A stretch of 64,000 nucleotides of DNA, from NCBI GenBank assembly GCA_963717935.1, contig CAVQXP010000004.1, forward strand, positions 2,074,986 to 2,138,985. The letters are read 5' to 3'. The translations under genes were made by a program, and so were the position numbers. Origin of the DNA: Candidatus Eiseniibacteriota bacterium. GTDB taxonomy: Bacteria > Eisenbacteria > RBG-16-71-46. Positions 27,682-38,032 of this stretch are shown in pieces; within the stretch, counting starts at the first letter, position 1, and each line of letters opens with the position of its first letter. The notes under the pieces are model-generated. The model did no database searches. It was not told the origin of the DNA and saw only the letters and a list, made by a program, of their open reading frames with translations.

Positions 27682-29433
27682 ATGGAAGGCTCCATCCGGC
27701 GGTTGCCGCCCGAGACCGCCTCGCGCATCGCGGCGGGGGAGGTCATCGAGCGGCCGCTCTCGGCCCTGAAGGAGGTACTGGAGAACGCACTCGACTCCGG
27801 GGCGCGCTCGGTCGAGGTGCGCGTGGAGCGGGCGCTCGACCATTCCTTCGCGGTGGCCGACGACGGCGCCGGCATCCGGGCGGACGAGTTGGACCTGGCG
27901 CTGGAGCGCCACGCGACCAGCAAGCTCGCGAGCCTGGAAGACCTCGACCGGCTCGCCTCGCTCGGGTTCCGGGGCGAGGCTCTGCCGAGCATCGCCGCGG
28001 TGAGCCGGCTCAGGCTGACGAGCCGACCGGCGGCCGCCGCGGCCGCCGCCTTCGTCGCGCTCGAAGGCGGCGGGGTCACGGCGCGCGGCACCGCCGCCCG
28101 CGCGCCGGGTACCACGGTCGAGGTCGCGGACCTCTTCTTCAACACGCCCGCCCGGCGCAAGTTCCTCGCCTCGCCCACCGGCGAGCTGCGCGCGGCGCTG
28201 CGCTTGCTCGAGGCCTACGCACTGGCCTTCCCGCAGGTGGGCTTCCGGCTGGTCGTGGACGGCAAGGAGCGCCTGCAGTGGCCCGCCGTGCCGGGGGCGG
28301 GCCTCGCGGCCCGGCGCGACCGCGCGTCCGCGCTCTGGGGAGCGCGCCACGCCACTCAACTGCTCGAGGTGGAGTCCGAGCGCGAGGGCGTGAAGGTCGA
28401 GGCGCTGCTGGGTCTCCCCGAGCACGCACGCGCCACGCGCGAAGGGCAGATCTACATCGTGAACGGACGCTGGATCCAGAGCCCCATGCTGGGCGCGGCG
28501 CTGCGCCAGGCCTACGGCAACCTGCTCCCGCCGGGACGGTTCCCCGCGGCCACGCTCTGGCTCGCGGTGCCACCCGCGCGCCTCGACGTGAACGTGCACC
28601 CGACCAAGCGCGAGGTGCGCTTCGCGGACGAGGAGCGCGTCTTCTCGCTCGTCACCTCGGCCTGCGCGCGCCCGCTCTCGCAGATCGCACCTCCCTTCAC
28701 GGTGGTGGCGGGCGGCACGCGGGAGACCGAGACCTACCCCGCCTGGGCCGAGCGCGTGCGCGAAGGGCCGCCGGAGCAGACCTACCTCGGCCTCGGCGTG
28801 GCGGGCACCACGCCGGGGGCCGGCCAGCCGGCGGCGCCGAACCCGCCCGCCGCCGGCGCGGAACCGGAGCTCTGGCAGCTCCACCGCACCTACGTGCTCG
28901 CGCCGGTGCGGGGCGGGCTCGTGATCATCGACCAGCACGCCGCGCACGAGCGCATCCTCTACGAGGAGGCGCTCGCGCGCCTCGCAGGGCGAGTACGTGG
29001 CTCGCGCAGCAGCTCCTCTTCCCGGCGCTCGTGGATCTCACGAACGACCAGTTCGAGCTCCTGCTCGAGCTGGGCCCGTACCTGCAAGCAGCTGGGCTGG
29101 GACCTCTCCCTGCTCGGGCCGCCCACCGTGGTCATCCAGGGCGTGCCCTCGGGCCTGCGCCACGAGCGCCCCGGGCAGCTCCTCCAGGACGTGCTCGACG
29201 GCATGAGCGAGAGCACCGGGCGCGCGCCCGACGAGGACCTCTCGCACCGCCTCGCCGCATCCTGGGCCTGCCACGCGGCGACCCGCGCGGGCGACCCGCT
29301 GAGCCAGGAGGAGATGCGCTCGCTCGTGGACCGCCTCTTCGCCACCTCGCGGCCACACGGCGATCCGCACGGACGCGTGACCTTCGTGCGGCTCGAGCTC
29401 GACGAGCTGCACCGGCGCTTCGGCCGGGCCTGA
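27682..29433 (+). CDS. mutL: DNA mismatch repair endonuclease MutL; internal out-of-frame segment ~28990-29085
   Basis: IAAGEVIERP, ENALDSGA, HATSKL, GFRGEAL, DVNVHPTKREVRF, DQHAAHERILYE; the correct QQLLFP..LELGPYL segment sits in another frame. Confidence 0.95.
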   Translation: MEGSIRRLPPETASRIAAGEVIERPLSALKEVLENALDSGARSVEVRVERALDHSFAVADDGAGIRADELDLALERHATSKLASLEDLDRLASLGFRGEALPSIAAVSRLRLTSRPAAAAAAAFVALEGGGVTARGTAARAPGTTVEVADLFFNTPARRKFLASPTGELRAALRLLEAYALAFPQVGFRLVVDGKERLQWPAVPGAGLAARRDRASALWGARHATQLLEVESEREGVKVEALLGLPEHARATREGQIYIVNGRWIQSPMLGAALRQAYGNLLPPGRFPAATLWLAVPPARLDVNVHPTKREVRFADEERVFSLVTSACARPLSQIAPPFTVVAGGTRETETYPAWAERVREGPPEQTYLGLGVAGTTPGAGQPAAPNPPAAGAEPELWQLHRTYVLAPVRGGLVIIDQHAAHERILYEEALARLAGRVRGSRSSSSSRRSWISRTTSSSSCSSWARTCKQLGWDLSLLGPPTVVIQGVPSGLRHERPGQLLQDVLDGMSESTGRAPDEDLSHRLAASWACHAATRAGDPLSQEEMRSLVDRLFATSRPHGDPHGRVTFVRLELDELHRRFGRA

Positions 29434-29437
29434 GCGC

Positions 29438-30406
29438 ATGAGCCCGCCGCGGGTCATCGCGGTCGTCGGCGCGACCGCCACGGGCAAGACCGACCTCGGC
29501 GAGGCGCTGGCCGAGACGCTCGACGGCGAGGTGGTCTGCGCCGACTCCCGCCAGGTCTTCCGCGACCTGGACGTCGGCACCGGCAAGCCGGCGCCCGCCG
29601 ATCGCGCGGCGCGCCCGCACCATCTCTTCGACGCGCTCGCGCTCGGCCAGCGGCCCAGCGCGGGCTGGTACGCGAAGGCGGTGGGCGCGGTCTGCAGGGC
29701 CATCCACTCGCGCGGCCGCACGCCCGTGCTGGTCGGCGGCTCGGGACTCTGGCTGCGGGCCGCCCAGCGTGGCCTCTCGGGCGAGCCACCGCACGACCCG
29801 GACGTGCGGGCGCGCCTCCAGGCCGCCCTCGAGCGCGATGGGCCCGAGACCCTGCATGCCCGGCTCGCCCTCGCCGATCCGGTCACCGCCGCCCGGCTGC
29901 AGCCCCGCGACCGCCAGCGCATCACGCGCGCGCTGGAGGTCCTCGAGGCCAGCGGCCGGCCGCTCTCGTGGTGGCACGAGCGCCAGGGCCAGCCGGCCGT
30001 TGCAGGGGAGTGGCTCGTCTTCGAGTTGACGCTCCCGCCGCAGGCGCTCGACGAGCGCATCGTCCACCGCACGCGCTGGATGTACGAGAGCGGGCTCGTC
30101 GAGGAGACACGGGGGCTCGTCGCGGCCGGCCAGGAGGCGCCGCTGCGGGCGCTGCGCGCGGTGGGCTACGACGAGGTGCTCGAGTTGCTGGCTGGCCGCA
30201 GCGATCGTCGCGCGGCCGAGGAGCGCACGAACCTGCGCACCCGCCAACTGGCGAAGCGCCAGCGCACCTGGTTCCGCCACCAGATCGAGGCCGTGCGCCT
30301 GGACGCCGGGGCCTCCAGCTCGAGGGCTCGCCTCGCCGCCATCCTGGCGGCCCTCCGGGCCCGAGATGCGGCTCCAGCGGGTGGCCCGTCCCCCCAGCCC
30401 GGTTGA
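29438..30406 (+). CDS. miaA: tRNA dimethylallyltransferase
   Basis: GATATGKT, DSRQVF..DVGTGKP, VGGSGLW, RITRALEV, AKRQRTWFR. Confidence 0.95.
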   Translation: MSPPRVIAVVGATATGKTDLGEALAETLDGEVVCADSRQVFRDLDVGTGKPAPADRAARPHHLFDALALGQRPSAGWYAKAVGAVCRAIHSRGRTPVLVGGSGLWLRAAQRGLSGEPPHDPDVRARLQAALERDGPETLHARLALADPVTAARLQPRDRQRITRALEVLEASGRPLSWWHERQGQPAVAGEWLVFELTLPPQALDERIVHRTRWMYESGLVEETRGLVAAGQEAPLRALRAVGYDEVLELLAGRSDRRAAEERTNLRTRQLAKRQRTWFRHQIEAVRLDAGASSSRARLAAILAALRARDAAPAGGPSPQPG

Positions 30407-30431
30407 CAGCACGGGTTTCCGGCACTAGGTT
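30403..30431 (+). promoter_or_regulatory. Sigma-70 promoter for tRNA-Gly/der
   Basis: TTGACA-17 nt-TAGGTT. Confidence 0.65.
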
Positions 30432-30461
30432 CGCACCCGGCTTGAAGCGGACCTCGTATGG

Positions 30462-30537
30462 GCGGGCATAGCTCAGTTGGTAGAGCGCGAGCTTCCCAAG
30501 CTTGAGGTCGCGGGTTCGACCCCCGTTGCCCGCTCCA
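30462..30537 (+). tRNA. tRNA-Gly(CCC)
   Basis: GCGGGCA acceptor, TAGCTCAGTTGGTAGAGC D-arm, CGAGC-TTCCCAA-GCTTG anticodon arm, GGTTCGA T-loop, encoded CCA. Confidence 0.97.
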
Positions 30538-30624
30538 TTTCATCCTGGCCTGAGGCGCGCCGGCGCGGGTGGACGATCCCGCCGGCGCGTCGAGCCTCTT
30601 GAGGAGGCCTCCCTGGCCGCACCC

Positions 30625-31938
30625 GTGATCCGTCAGCCGATCGTCGCCATCATCGGCCGCCCGAACGTCGGCAAGTCCACGTTCTTCAACCGCGTGCTCG
30701 GCGAGCGCCGCGCCGTGGTCCACGACCGTCCTGGCATCACCCGCGACCGCAACACGGCGCAGGCCGAATGGTCCGGCTACACGTTCCTGCTCGTGGACAC
30801 CGGCGGGTTCCTGCCCGGCGCGGCCGAGGGGCGCGACGCCCGCATCCGCCGCCAGGCGGAGATCGCCATCGAGCTGGCCGACGCGGTGATCTTCATGGTG
30901 GACGTCAAGACCGGCGTCACGGATCTCGACGTCGCCATCGCGCGCGATCTGCGGCGCCGCCAGGTGAAGAGCCTGCTGGTCGTCAACAAGGTGGACAAGC
31001 CCGGCGACCTGGGCACGCACGACTTCCACCGCCTGGGCCTGGGCGAGCCCCTGCCGGTCTCCTCGGAGAACGGCTTCGGCGTCGGCGACCTGCTCGACGA
31101 GGTGGTCGCGCTCCTGCCCGGGCGCGTGCAGGAGCAGGCGGCGCCCGGCACGCGCGTGGCCATCGTGGGGCGTCCCAACGTCGGCAAGTCCTCGATCGTG
31201 AACATGCTGCTGCGCGAGGACCGCGTCCTGGTCGAGCCCCTGGCCGGCACCACCATGGACGCCATCGACACGGACTGGAAGACCCCCGCCGGCACGTTCA
31301 CGCTGGTGGACACGGCCGGCATCCGTCGCGAGTCGCGCTACCAGGACGAAGCCGAGTTCTACGCCGTGGTGCGGGCGCTGAACGCCCTGCAGCGCGCGGA
31401 CGTCGCCTGCCTGGTGCTGGACGCCACGCAGGGGTTCCTCAAGCAGGAGGCCCGGCTCGCCCACAACGCCCTCGACGCGGGCTGCGCGCTCCTGCTGGTC
31501 TACAACAAGTGGGACCTGATCGAGGGCCGCCACGAAGCCTGGAAGCGCCTGACGCTCGAGCGGATCGAGCGCTACCCCACGCTCGCGGACCTGCCGGCGG
31601 TGCCGGTGTCGGCCACGGCGAAGATCAATCTCGGGCGGCTCCCGAAGCTCATCCTGCAGCGCGTCGAGGAGCACGTGCGCAAGATCCCGACCCGTGCCCT
31701 GAACGACTGGCTGGAGGCGGTGCAGCGGGTCCGCGGCGTGCCCTCCACCGGGGGCGGGCTCATCCCGAAGCTCTACTACATCGCACAGACGGGCACCGGG
31801 CCGCCCCAGTTCACGCTGTTCGTGAACCATCCACAGCGGCTCAACGACAACTACCGCCGTTTCCTCTGGCTGCGCTTCGCGGAGCACTTCGGCTTCCACG
31901 GCACGCCGTTGAAGATGCGCGTGCGCAAGAGCGAGTAG
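30625..31938 (+). CDS. der: Ribosome biogenesis GTPase Der (EngA)
   Basis: Two GRPNVGKS G-domains, DTGG/DTAG, NKVD/NKWD, C-terminal KH-like domain. Confidence 0.97.
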   Translation: MIRQPIVAIIGRPNVGKSTFFNRVLGERRAVVHDRPGITRDRNTAQAEWSGYTFLLVDTGGFLPGAAEGRDARIRRQAEIAIELADAVIFMVDVKTGVTDLDVAIARDLRRRQVKSLLVVNKVDKPGDLGTHDFHRLGLGEPLPVSSENGFGVGDLLDEVVALLPGRVQEQAAPGTRVAIVGRPNVGKSSIVNMLLREDRVLVEPLAGTTMDAIDTDWKTPAGTFTLVDTAGIRRESRYQDEAEFYAVVRALNALQRADVACLVLDATQGFLKQEARLAHNALDAGCALLLVYNKWDLIEGRHEAWKRLTLERIERYPTLADLPAVPVSATAKINLGRLPKLILQRVEEHVRKIPTRALNDWLEAVQRVRGVPSTGGGLIPKLYYIAQTGTGPPQFTLFVNHPQRLNDNYRRFLWLRFAEHFGFHGTPLKMRVRKSE

Positions 31939-31940
31939 CC

Positions 31941-32580
31941 ATGGCCCTCGCCGTGCTGTCGTGCGTCGCCATCGCCTACCTGAGCGGCTCGCTGCCCTGG
32001 GGCCTGTGGATCGGCCGGTTCGCCCGCGGCGTGGACATTCGCACCCTGGGCTCCGGCAACCTCGGGGCCACGAACGTCTACCGCTCGCTCGGCCCCGGGC
32101 TCGGCGTCCTCACGCTGCTCCTGGACATCGCGAAGGGCGCCCTGCCGGTGTGGCTGCTGCCGCACGCCGCCTTCGCGGCGGCCTTCCCTGGCGGCCCCGA
32201 ATGGTGCGGGCTGGCCGTGGGCTTCGCCGCGGTGGCCGGGCACGTCTGGACCTTCCTCGCCGGCTTCAAGGGTGGCAAGGGCGTGGCCACCACCGCGGGC
32301 GTGCTGCTGGCCCTCGCGCCCGCCGCCTTCGGCGTCTTCGTCGCTGGTCTTCCTGCTGGTCGTGGTGGTGACGCGCTTCATCTCGCTCGGCTCGACGCTG
32401 GGGGCGGCCGCCTTCGCGGTGGCGCTCGCCCTGCTCGCGCCCGGCGGGCTTCGCAGTCCCACGTTCCTGCTGGGTCTGCTGCTCGCGCTCCTCGTGGTGT
32501 TCAGGCACCGCGACAACTTCCGCCGGCTGCTGCGTGGCGAGGAGCGGCGTTTCTCGTTCCGGGGAGGACGGACCTCGTGA
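31941..32580 (+). CDS. plsY: Glycerol-3-phosphate acyltransferase PlsY; +1 frameshift near 32343
   Basis: YLSGSLP, GSGNLGATN, DIAKG, GH..F..FKGGKGVAT; C-terminus RFISLGS..RHRDNFRRLLRGEE in the next frame. Confidence 0.93.
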
Positions 32581-33567
32581 GCACCGTGGCCGTGCTGGGA
32601 GCCGGTTCCTGGGGTACGACGCTGGCGGTCCACCTGTGCGAGGCCGGGGCCCAGGTCCGGCTCTGGGGCAATGTGCGGGAGGACCTGGACGCCATGATCC
32701 GAGTCGCGGGAGAACCGGAAGTTTTTGCCTGGCATCCGGCTCCCCGATGGGGTTAAGGTTCTGCTCGAACTCGAAGACGCGCTCGAGGCGGCTGATTTCA
32801 CCTTCTACGTGGTGCCCTCGCAGGCGGTTCGCGAGGTCGCGCAGAGGGTGGCGGACACCGGGCACCGCAGCCTCCCGGTGTGCGCAGCCAAGGGGCTCGA
32901 ACTCGGCAGCCTCAAGCGCATGAGCGAAGTGCTCCGGGACTGCCTCGGCGATCCCGGCCCCGTGATCCTCACGGGTCCGAGCCACGCCGAGGAAGTCAGT
33001 CGCGGCATCCCGACCACGGTGGTGGCCGCCGCCGCGGACGAGGCCCGGGCCAGGGCGGCGCAGTTGCTGTGCTCGACACCGTCGTTCCGGGTCTACACGA
33101 ATACCGATGTCGTCGGCTGCGAGTATGCCGCCGCGCTGAAGAACGTCATCGCGATCGCCGCCGGGGTGTGCGACGGCATCGGCTGGGGGGACAACACCAA
33201 GGGCGCGCTGCTCACGCGGGGGCTCGCGGAGATCTCGCGCCTCGGGGTCGCCCTGGGCGGACGACGCGAGACCTTCTTCGGGCTCGCGGGGCTGGGAGAT
33301 CTGATCACGACGGCGATGAGCCGCCACAGCCGGAACCGGCACGTGGGCGAGGGGATCGGCCGGGGCCGTCCGCTCGCCGAGGTGCTGGGGGACATGGTGA
33401 TGGTCGCGGAAGGCGTGACCACCGCCCGCGCGGCCAGGGACCTGGGCCGGGCACACGACGTCGAGTTGCCGATCACCGAACAGGTCTGCGCGATGCTGTT
33501 CGAGGGCCGCAGCCCCCGCGAGGCGCTGCAGAACCTCATGACGCGAGACCTGAAGAGCGAGCAATGA
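32577..33567 (+). CDS. gpsA: NAD(P)H-dependent glycerol-3-phosphate dehydrogenase; +1 frameshift near 32703
   Basis: GAGSWGT; then ENRKFLPG, AKGLE, GPSHAEEV, ALKNVIAIAAG, GLGDLITT..SRNR, VAEGV. Confidence 0.95.
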
Positions 33568-34025
33568 AAACCGCATCGCCCGCGCCGCGTCGCGGCGGGA
33601 CCGGCAAGCGCCGGCAGGGGAGGACCAAGTTGTCGCCGCTCAAGACGGAACCCGAGTCCGAGTCCAGGTCCAAGCTCTACCGGCCGATCAGCGAGGTCGC
33701 CGAGGTCGTCGGCGTGAAGCCGCACGTGCTGCGCTACTGGGAGACCCAGTTCAGCATGCTGCGTCCCAAGAAGAACCGCGCCGGGAACCGCATGTACCGG
33801 CCCGACGAGGTGAAGCTGCTGTTCCGGATCAAGGAGCTGCTCTACGACCGGCGCTTCACCATCGCGGGGGCGAAACGGCACCTGCTGGACCACCGCAAGG
33901 ACCCCGCGCCGCGCCAGGTGGAGCTGGTCTTCGGCGAGGCCGAGAAGAAGCTCGCGCTCCACGAGGTCAAGGCCGAGCTCAAGCAGCTCCTCGGCCGCCT
34001 GCGCGGGCCTGGCCCGCGCCCCTGA
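33564..34025 (+). CDS. MerR-family HTH protein (type usually found next to ihfA/tRNA-Pro)
   Basis: KLYRPISEVAEVVGVKPHVLRYWETQFSMLRPKKNRAGNRMY..IKELLYDRRFTIAGAK. Confidence 0.9.
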   Translation: MKTASPAPRRGGTGKRRQGRTKLSPLKTEPESESRSKLYRPISEVAEVVGVKPHVLRYWETQFSMLRPKKNRAGNRMYRPDEVKLLFRIKELLYDRRFTIAGAKRHLLDHRKDPAPRQVELVFGEAEKKLALHEVKAELKQLLGRLRGPGPRP

Positions 34026-34112
34026 GCGGCCTCGCGGTCGGCCCCGCCGTCCACTTGCGCGGCGGGCCGGGGTCGCATAGATTGGTTCGCAGAAGATCCG
34101 CACCGCTTCGGT

Positions 34113-34189
34113 CGGGGCGTAGCGCAGCCCGGTAGCGCACCTGCATGGGGGGCAGGGGGTCGAAGGTTCAAATCCTTTCGCCCCGACCA
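34113..34189 (+). tRNA. tRNA-Pro(GGG)
   Basis: CGGGGCG acceptor, CCTGC-ATGGGGG-GCAGG anticodon arm, GGTTCAAATCC, ACCA end. Confidence 0.95.
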
Positions 34190-34276
34190 TTCTTCCCGCG
34201 GCCCACCCCACACCGCCCCGCCCGTCCCGTGCCACCCCCCGCTCCGCCTCCCGCGGTTTGACCGCGCTCCGCCCAC

Positions 34277-34306
34277 CGTGTTACGAGTCGGGTCGGAGGT
34301 CACACG
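34277..34306. promoter_or_regulatory. Putative NikR operator
   Basis: CGTGTTAC-N14-GTCACACG (GTGTTA-N16-TCACAC) imperfect palindrome with the 6-16-6 NikR geometry, covering the nikR RBS. Confidence 0.72.
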
Positions 34307-34735
34307 ATGAAGAAACCGCTGCTCTCGAGGTTCAGCGTCTCGATGTCACGCGCCCTGGGGGGGCAACTCGACGCCATGGCGAAGGCGAAGGGCTACGCCA
34401 ATCGCTCGCAGGCCATCGCCGACATGGTCCGCGCCCACCTGGTCGAGCACCGGGCCCAGGTCGGGGCACACGAGATCGCCGGCACCATCACGCTCGTCTA
34501 TGACCATCACCGGCGGAACATCCAGGCGCTCCTGACAGGCCTCCAGCATGACCACGGCGACCTCATCGTGGCCACCCTCCACGTGCACCTGAGCCACCAC
34601 GAGTGCATGGAGGTCCTCGCGGTGCGCGGGCCCGCCGATGCGGTGAAGCGTCTCGCGGACCGGCTCACCGCGGCGAAGGGCGTCACGCACGGCAAGCTGA
34701 CCGTGACCACGACCGGGAGGGAGCTGGCGAAGTAG
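34307..34735 (+). CDS. nikR: Nickel-responsive regulator NikR
   Basis: RFSVSM, GYANRSQAIADMVR, GTITLVYDHH, HVHLSHHECMEV. Confidence 0.95.
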   Translation: MKKPLLSRFSVSMSRALGGQLDAMAKAKGYANRSQAIADMVRAHLVEHRAQVGAHEIAGTITLVYDHHRRNIQALLTGLQHDHGDLIVATLHVHLSHHECMEVLAVRGPADAVKRLADRLTAAKGVTHGKLTVTTTGRELAK

Positions 34736-34814
34736 GCAGCGGTCAGGTCCCGGCAGCGTCTTTCGCGTCCCCGGCCGCTCCCCGAACGGACGCCTGCGAG
34801 AAGGAAGGATCGAA

Positions 34815-35810
34815 GTGCACATCCCGGATGGGTTCCTCGACGCGAAGACGGCCGTGGCCACCAGCGTGCTCGCGACCGCGGGCCTGGGGCTGGCACTGGC
34901 GGGCGTGCGTCGCACGGTCCCGCCCCGCCGGATCCCGCTGATCGGCCTGGCGGCGGCCTTCGTCTTCGCGGCGCAGATGCTCAACTTCCCCGTCGCCGGC
35001 GGAACCTCGGGGCACCTCATCGGGGCAGTGCTCGCCGCCGTCCTGCTCGGCCCCAGCGCCGCGGTCCTGGTCATGAGCGCCGTGCTGATCCTCCAATGCC
35101 TGCTGTTCGCGGACGGCGGCGTGACCGCGCTCGGGGCGAACCTCTTCAACATGGCGCTGGTCGCCCCGATCGTGGGCTACGGCATCTACCGCATCCTGCG
35201 GCGCTTCGCGGGGGAGGGGCTGCGGGGCCTCCTCTTCGCCACGGCCTTCGCCGCCTGGTGCTCCACGCTCGCAGCCGCGATCTCCTGCGCCGGGCAACTC
35301 GCGCTGTCCCGCACCGTCCCCTGGGCGGTCGCGCTGCCCGCCATGGGCGGCATCCACCTGCTGATCGGTCTCGGCGAAGCGGTCATCACGACCCTCGTGG
35401 TCGCGGCGGTCGCCCGCGCGCGGCCCGAGCTGCTCCTCGAACGAACGGAACGCCACCTGCGGCCCCCGTACCGCGTCCTGGCGGCCCAGGGCCTGCTCGT
35501 CTCGCTGGGGCTCGTGCTCTTCGTCGCGCCCTTCGCTTCCGGCTGGCCCGACGGCCTCGAGAAGGTGGCCGCGACGCTGGGCTTCGAGCACCGGGCGGCG
35601 GCCACTCCGATGCTCGCCGCACCGCTCCCCGACTACCGCTTCCCCGGGGTCGGCTCCGCCGCGCTCTCCACGGTCGTCGCCGGCGCCACGGGCACGCTCA
35701 TCGCCTTCGGCCTCGCGTGGTCGCTCGCCTCTCTGCTGACGCCGTCCCGCGGCGCAGGCGCCCGCCCGGGCGGGAAAGGCAAGGCCCCCGGTGCACCGCG
35801 CGCTGCTTGA
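34815..35810 (+). CDS. Ni/Co ECF transporter substrate component, NikM/CbiM fused to NikN (PDGLE domain)
   Basis: MHIPDGFL metal-binding N-terminus (GTG start), AQMLNFP..GTSGHL, DGGVTALGAN, ASGWPDGLEKVA. Confidence 0.92.
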   Translation: MHIPDGFLDAKTAVATSVLATAGLGLALAGVRRTVPPRRIPLIGLAAAFVFAAQMLNFPVAGGTSGHLIGAVLAAVLLGPSAAVLVMSAVLILQCLLFADGGVTALGANLFNMALVAPIVGYGIYRILRRFAGEGLRGLLFATAFAAWCSTLAAAISCAGQLALSRTVPWAVALPAMGGIHLLIGLGEAVITTLVVAAVARARPELLLERTERHLRPPYRVLAAQGLLVSLGLVLFVAPFASGWPDGLEKVAATLGFEHRAAATPMLAAPLPDYRFPGVGSAALSTVVAGATGTLIAFGLAWSLASLLTPSRGAGARPGGKGKAPGAPRAA

Positions 35811-36405
35811 GCCCTACCAGCATCAGCGCAGTGTGATCCACCGCCTTCCCGCCGGGCTGAAGGCGGGCGGGGCGCTGGCGTTCGTCCTCGCCGTCGTGTT
35901 GCTGCCCCGGGCGGCGTGGCCCGCCTACGCGGCGGGCGCCGCGCTGCTGCTGCTGCTCGCGGGGCTCTCGCGCATCCCGCCACTGGCCCTGGCCCGGCGG
36001 CTCCTGCTGGTCGAGCCGTTCGCTCTCGGGGTCGCCCTGCTTTCGCTCCTGCAGCCGAACGGACTCACGATCTTCGCCGTCACCCTGACCAAGAGCACGC
36101 TCTGCCTGTTCTGCATGGTGCTGCTCTCCGCCACGACTCGCTTCTCCGCCATCCTGCGCGTGCTGTGGCGCATCCGCGTCCCGTCCCTGCTCGTCACCAC
36201 GCTGGCGCTCATGCACCGCTATCTCTTCGTGCTCGCCGACGAGACCGGCTGCATGGTGCGCGCGCGCCGGAGCCGCACCTTCACCCGTGATCGCGCATCC
36301 GCCTGGCGCTCCTCCGCCTCGGTCATCGCGCACCTGTTCATCCGCAGTTCCGAGCGCGCCGAGCGCATCTACATGGCCATGTGCGCGCGGGGCTGGAAGA
36401 CGTGA
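35791..36405 (+). CDS. ECF transporter T component (NikQ/CbiQ)
   Basis: S.IHRLP..K, TTRFS.IL..L..RVP, RYLFVL.DE..M.RARRSR, RS.ERAERIY.AM.ARGW. Confidence 0.9.
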   Translation: MHRALLEPYQHQRSVIHRLPAGLKAGGALAFVLAVVLLPRAAWPAYAAGAALLLLLAGLSRIPPLALARRLLLVEPFALGVALLSLLQPNGLTIFAVTLTKSTLCLFCMVLLSATTRFSAILRVLWRIRVPSLLVTTLALMHRYLFVLADETGCMVRARRSRTFTRDRASAWRSSASVIAHLFIRSSERAERIYMAMCARGWKT

Positions 36406-37148
36406 ACGCGCTGGAGGTCGAGGACCTCGGTTATCACTATCCCGACGGGACGGCCGCCCTGCGGGGCATCCGCTTCACGGTGGCCGAGGGCGAGCGCGTG
36501 GGGCTCATCGGCCCCAACGGGGCTGGCAAGTCCACGCTGCTGCTCCACCTCAACGGGCTGCTGCCCGAGCATCCGGCCGCGGCCCCCGCGGTCCACGTCT
36601 TCGGGACCCCGGTCGCGGAGCCCCATCTCGCGGCGATCCGCGCCCGCGTGGGGCTGCTCTTCCAGGACCCGGACGACCAGATCTTCTGCCCGACCGTGTG
36701 GGAGGACGTCGCCTTCGGTCCCCTGCAGCTGGGTCTGCGGGGCGCCGAGCTGGCGGCCCGCACCGCGCGCGCCCTCGAGCAGGTCGGCCTGAAGGGCTTC
36801 GACGAACGGCTGCCCCATCACCTCAGCCGGGGCGAGAAGCGGCGCGTCTGCCTGGCGGGCCTGCTCGCGTGCGAGGCGCGGCTGCTGGCGCTGGACGAGC
36901 CGACCAGCGACCTCGACCCGCGCGGGCGGCGGGAACTGAAGGGCCTGCTCGAGAGCCTCCCGGTGGCCCAGGTGATCGCGACCCACGACCTGGAGCTCGT
37001 CGTCGAGTTGTGCCCGCGCGTGATCGTGCTCGACCGGGGCGGCGTGGTGGCGCAGGGGCCGACGGCGGAACTGCTCGCGGATGACGAGCTCATGCTCGCG
37101 CACGGGCTCGAGCGACCGCACATCCTCAGGCACCGGCACCCGCACTGA
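36402..37148 (+). CDS. ECF transporter ATPase (NikO/CbiO)
   Basis: GPNGAGKST, FQDPDDQIF, DVAFGP, LSRGEKRR, LDEPT, THDL; His-rich tail. Confidence 0.92.
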   Translation: MNALEVEDLGYHYPDGTAALRGIRFTVAEGERVGLIGPNGAGKSTLLLHLNGLLPEHPAAAPAVHVFGTPVAEPHLAAIRARVGLLFQDPDDQIFCPTVWEDVAFGPLQLGLRGAELAARTARALEQVGLKGFDERLPHHLSRGEKRRVCLAGLLACEARLLALDEPTSDLDPRGRRELKGLLESLPVAQVIATHDLELVVELCPRVIVLDRGGVVAQGPTAELLADDELMLAHGLERPHILRHRHPH

Positions 37149-37210
37149 GCCAGCGCCGCTCCGGGCCCGCGCTTGCAAGTTCGCGGTCCACGCCGCAAAG
37201 TGCCTGCGAA

Positions 37211-38032
37211 ATGCTCACCTGGCTCACGTATCTTGCCGCGGATCTCCTCGTCCGCGTGCTGCCCGCCCGGGCGGCCGATCGACTCGGCGTGGGGATCGCG
37301 CGACTGGCATTCGCCCTGCGGGTGCCGGCGCGGGTCCGCCTCGAGGAGAACCTGGCGCGCCTGCTCGAGCGCGAGCCGGGCCCGCCGCTCGAAGCCGTGG
37401 CACGCGAGGCCTTCGACAACTTCGCCCTGAGCTTCACCGACTTCCTGCGGCTCGGCCACACCGCGCCCGAACATCTCGCCGGAGCCGTCGAAGTGCACGG
37501 CGCGGAGCACCTCGAGACCGCGCGGGCCTCCGGGCGGGGCGTGATCCTGCTCTCCGCCCACCTCGGCAACTGGGAGCTGGGAGCCGCCTGGCTCGCCGCG
37601 GGGGGCACGCCGGTCCACCTCGTGGCGCGCCCGCACCCGAGTCCCCGGGTCGAGCGCTTCTACGCGCGCCGGCGGAGCGCCTGGGGCGTGCGCCTCATGC
37701 CCGGCCGTCCGCTCTGGCGTCCGGCTGCCGCCGCGCTGCGCCGCCGCGAATGGGTGGCGCTCATGGCGGATCGCGAGGCTCCGGCGCGGAGGGCCGGCCA
37801 CCGCACCTCGGTCTGCGCCTGGGCCGCGGCGCTCTCGCGCCGCACCGGAGCCCTGGTGCTCCCGGCGGTCATCGTCCGGCTGCCCGACGGGCGCTACGCC
37901 GCTCACTTCGAGCGCCCGCTCGAGTCCGCGGCGGTGCGCGCCGACGGTTTCGTCGAGAGCCTGCGCCACCACCTGCGGCGGCATCCGCGGCAGTGGTCCG
38001 CCTTCGCGCCCCTGCCGGAGGGCCTGGCCTGA
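37211..38032 (+). CDS. Lipid A lauroyl / phosphatidylinositol-mannoside acyltransferase family protein
   Basis: GRGVILLSAHLGNWEL, LMADR, RRHPRQW. Confidence 0.82.
   Translation: MLTWLTYLAADLLVRVLPARAADRLGVGIARLAFALRVPARVRLEENLARLLEREPGPPLEAVAREAFDNFALSFTDFLRLGHTAPEHLAGAVEVHGAEHLETARASGRGVILLSAHLGNWELGAAWLAAGGTPVHLVARPHPSPRVERFYARRRSAWGVRLMPGRPLWRPAAAALRRREWVALMADREAPARRAGHRTSVCAWAAALSRRTGALVLPAVIVRLPDGRYAAHFERPLESAAVRADGFVESLRHHLRRHPRQWSAFAPLPEGLA

Noticed and set aside
30420..30435. Sigma-54-like CGGCAC-N5-TCGCA before tRNA-Gly
   Set aside because: It overlaps a better sigma-70 TTGACA-17-TAGGTT promoter; likely coincidental.
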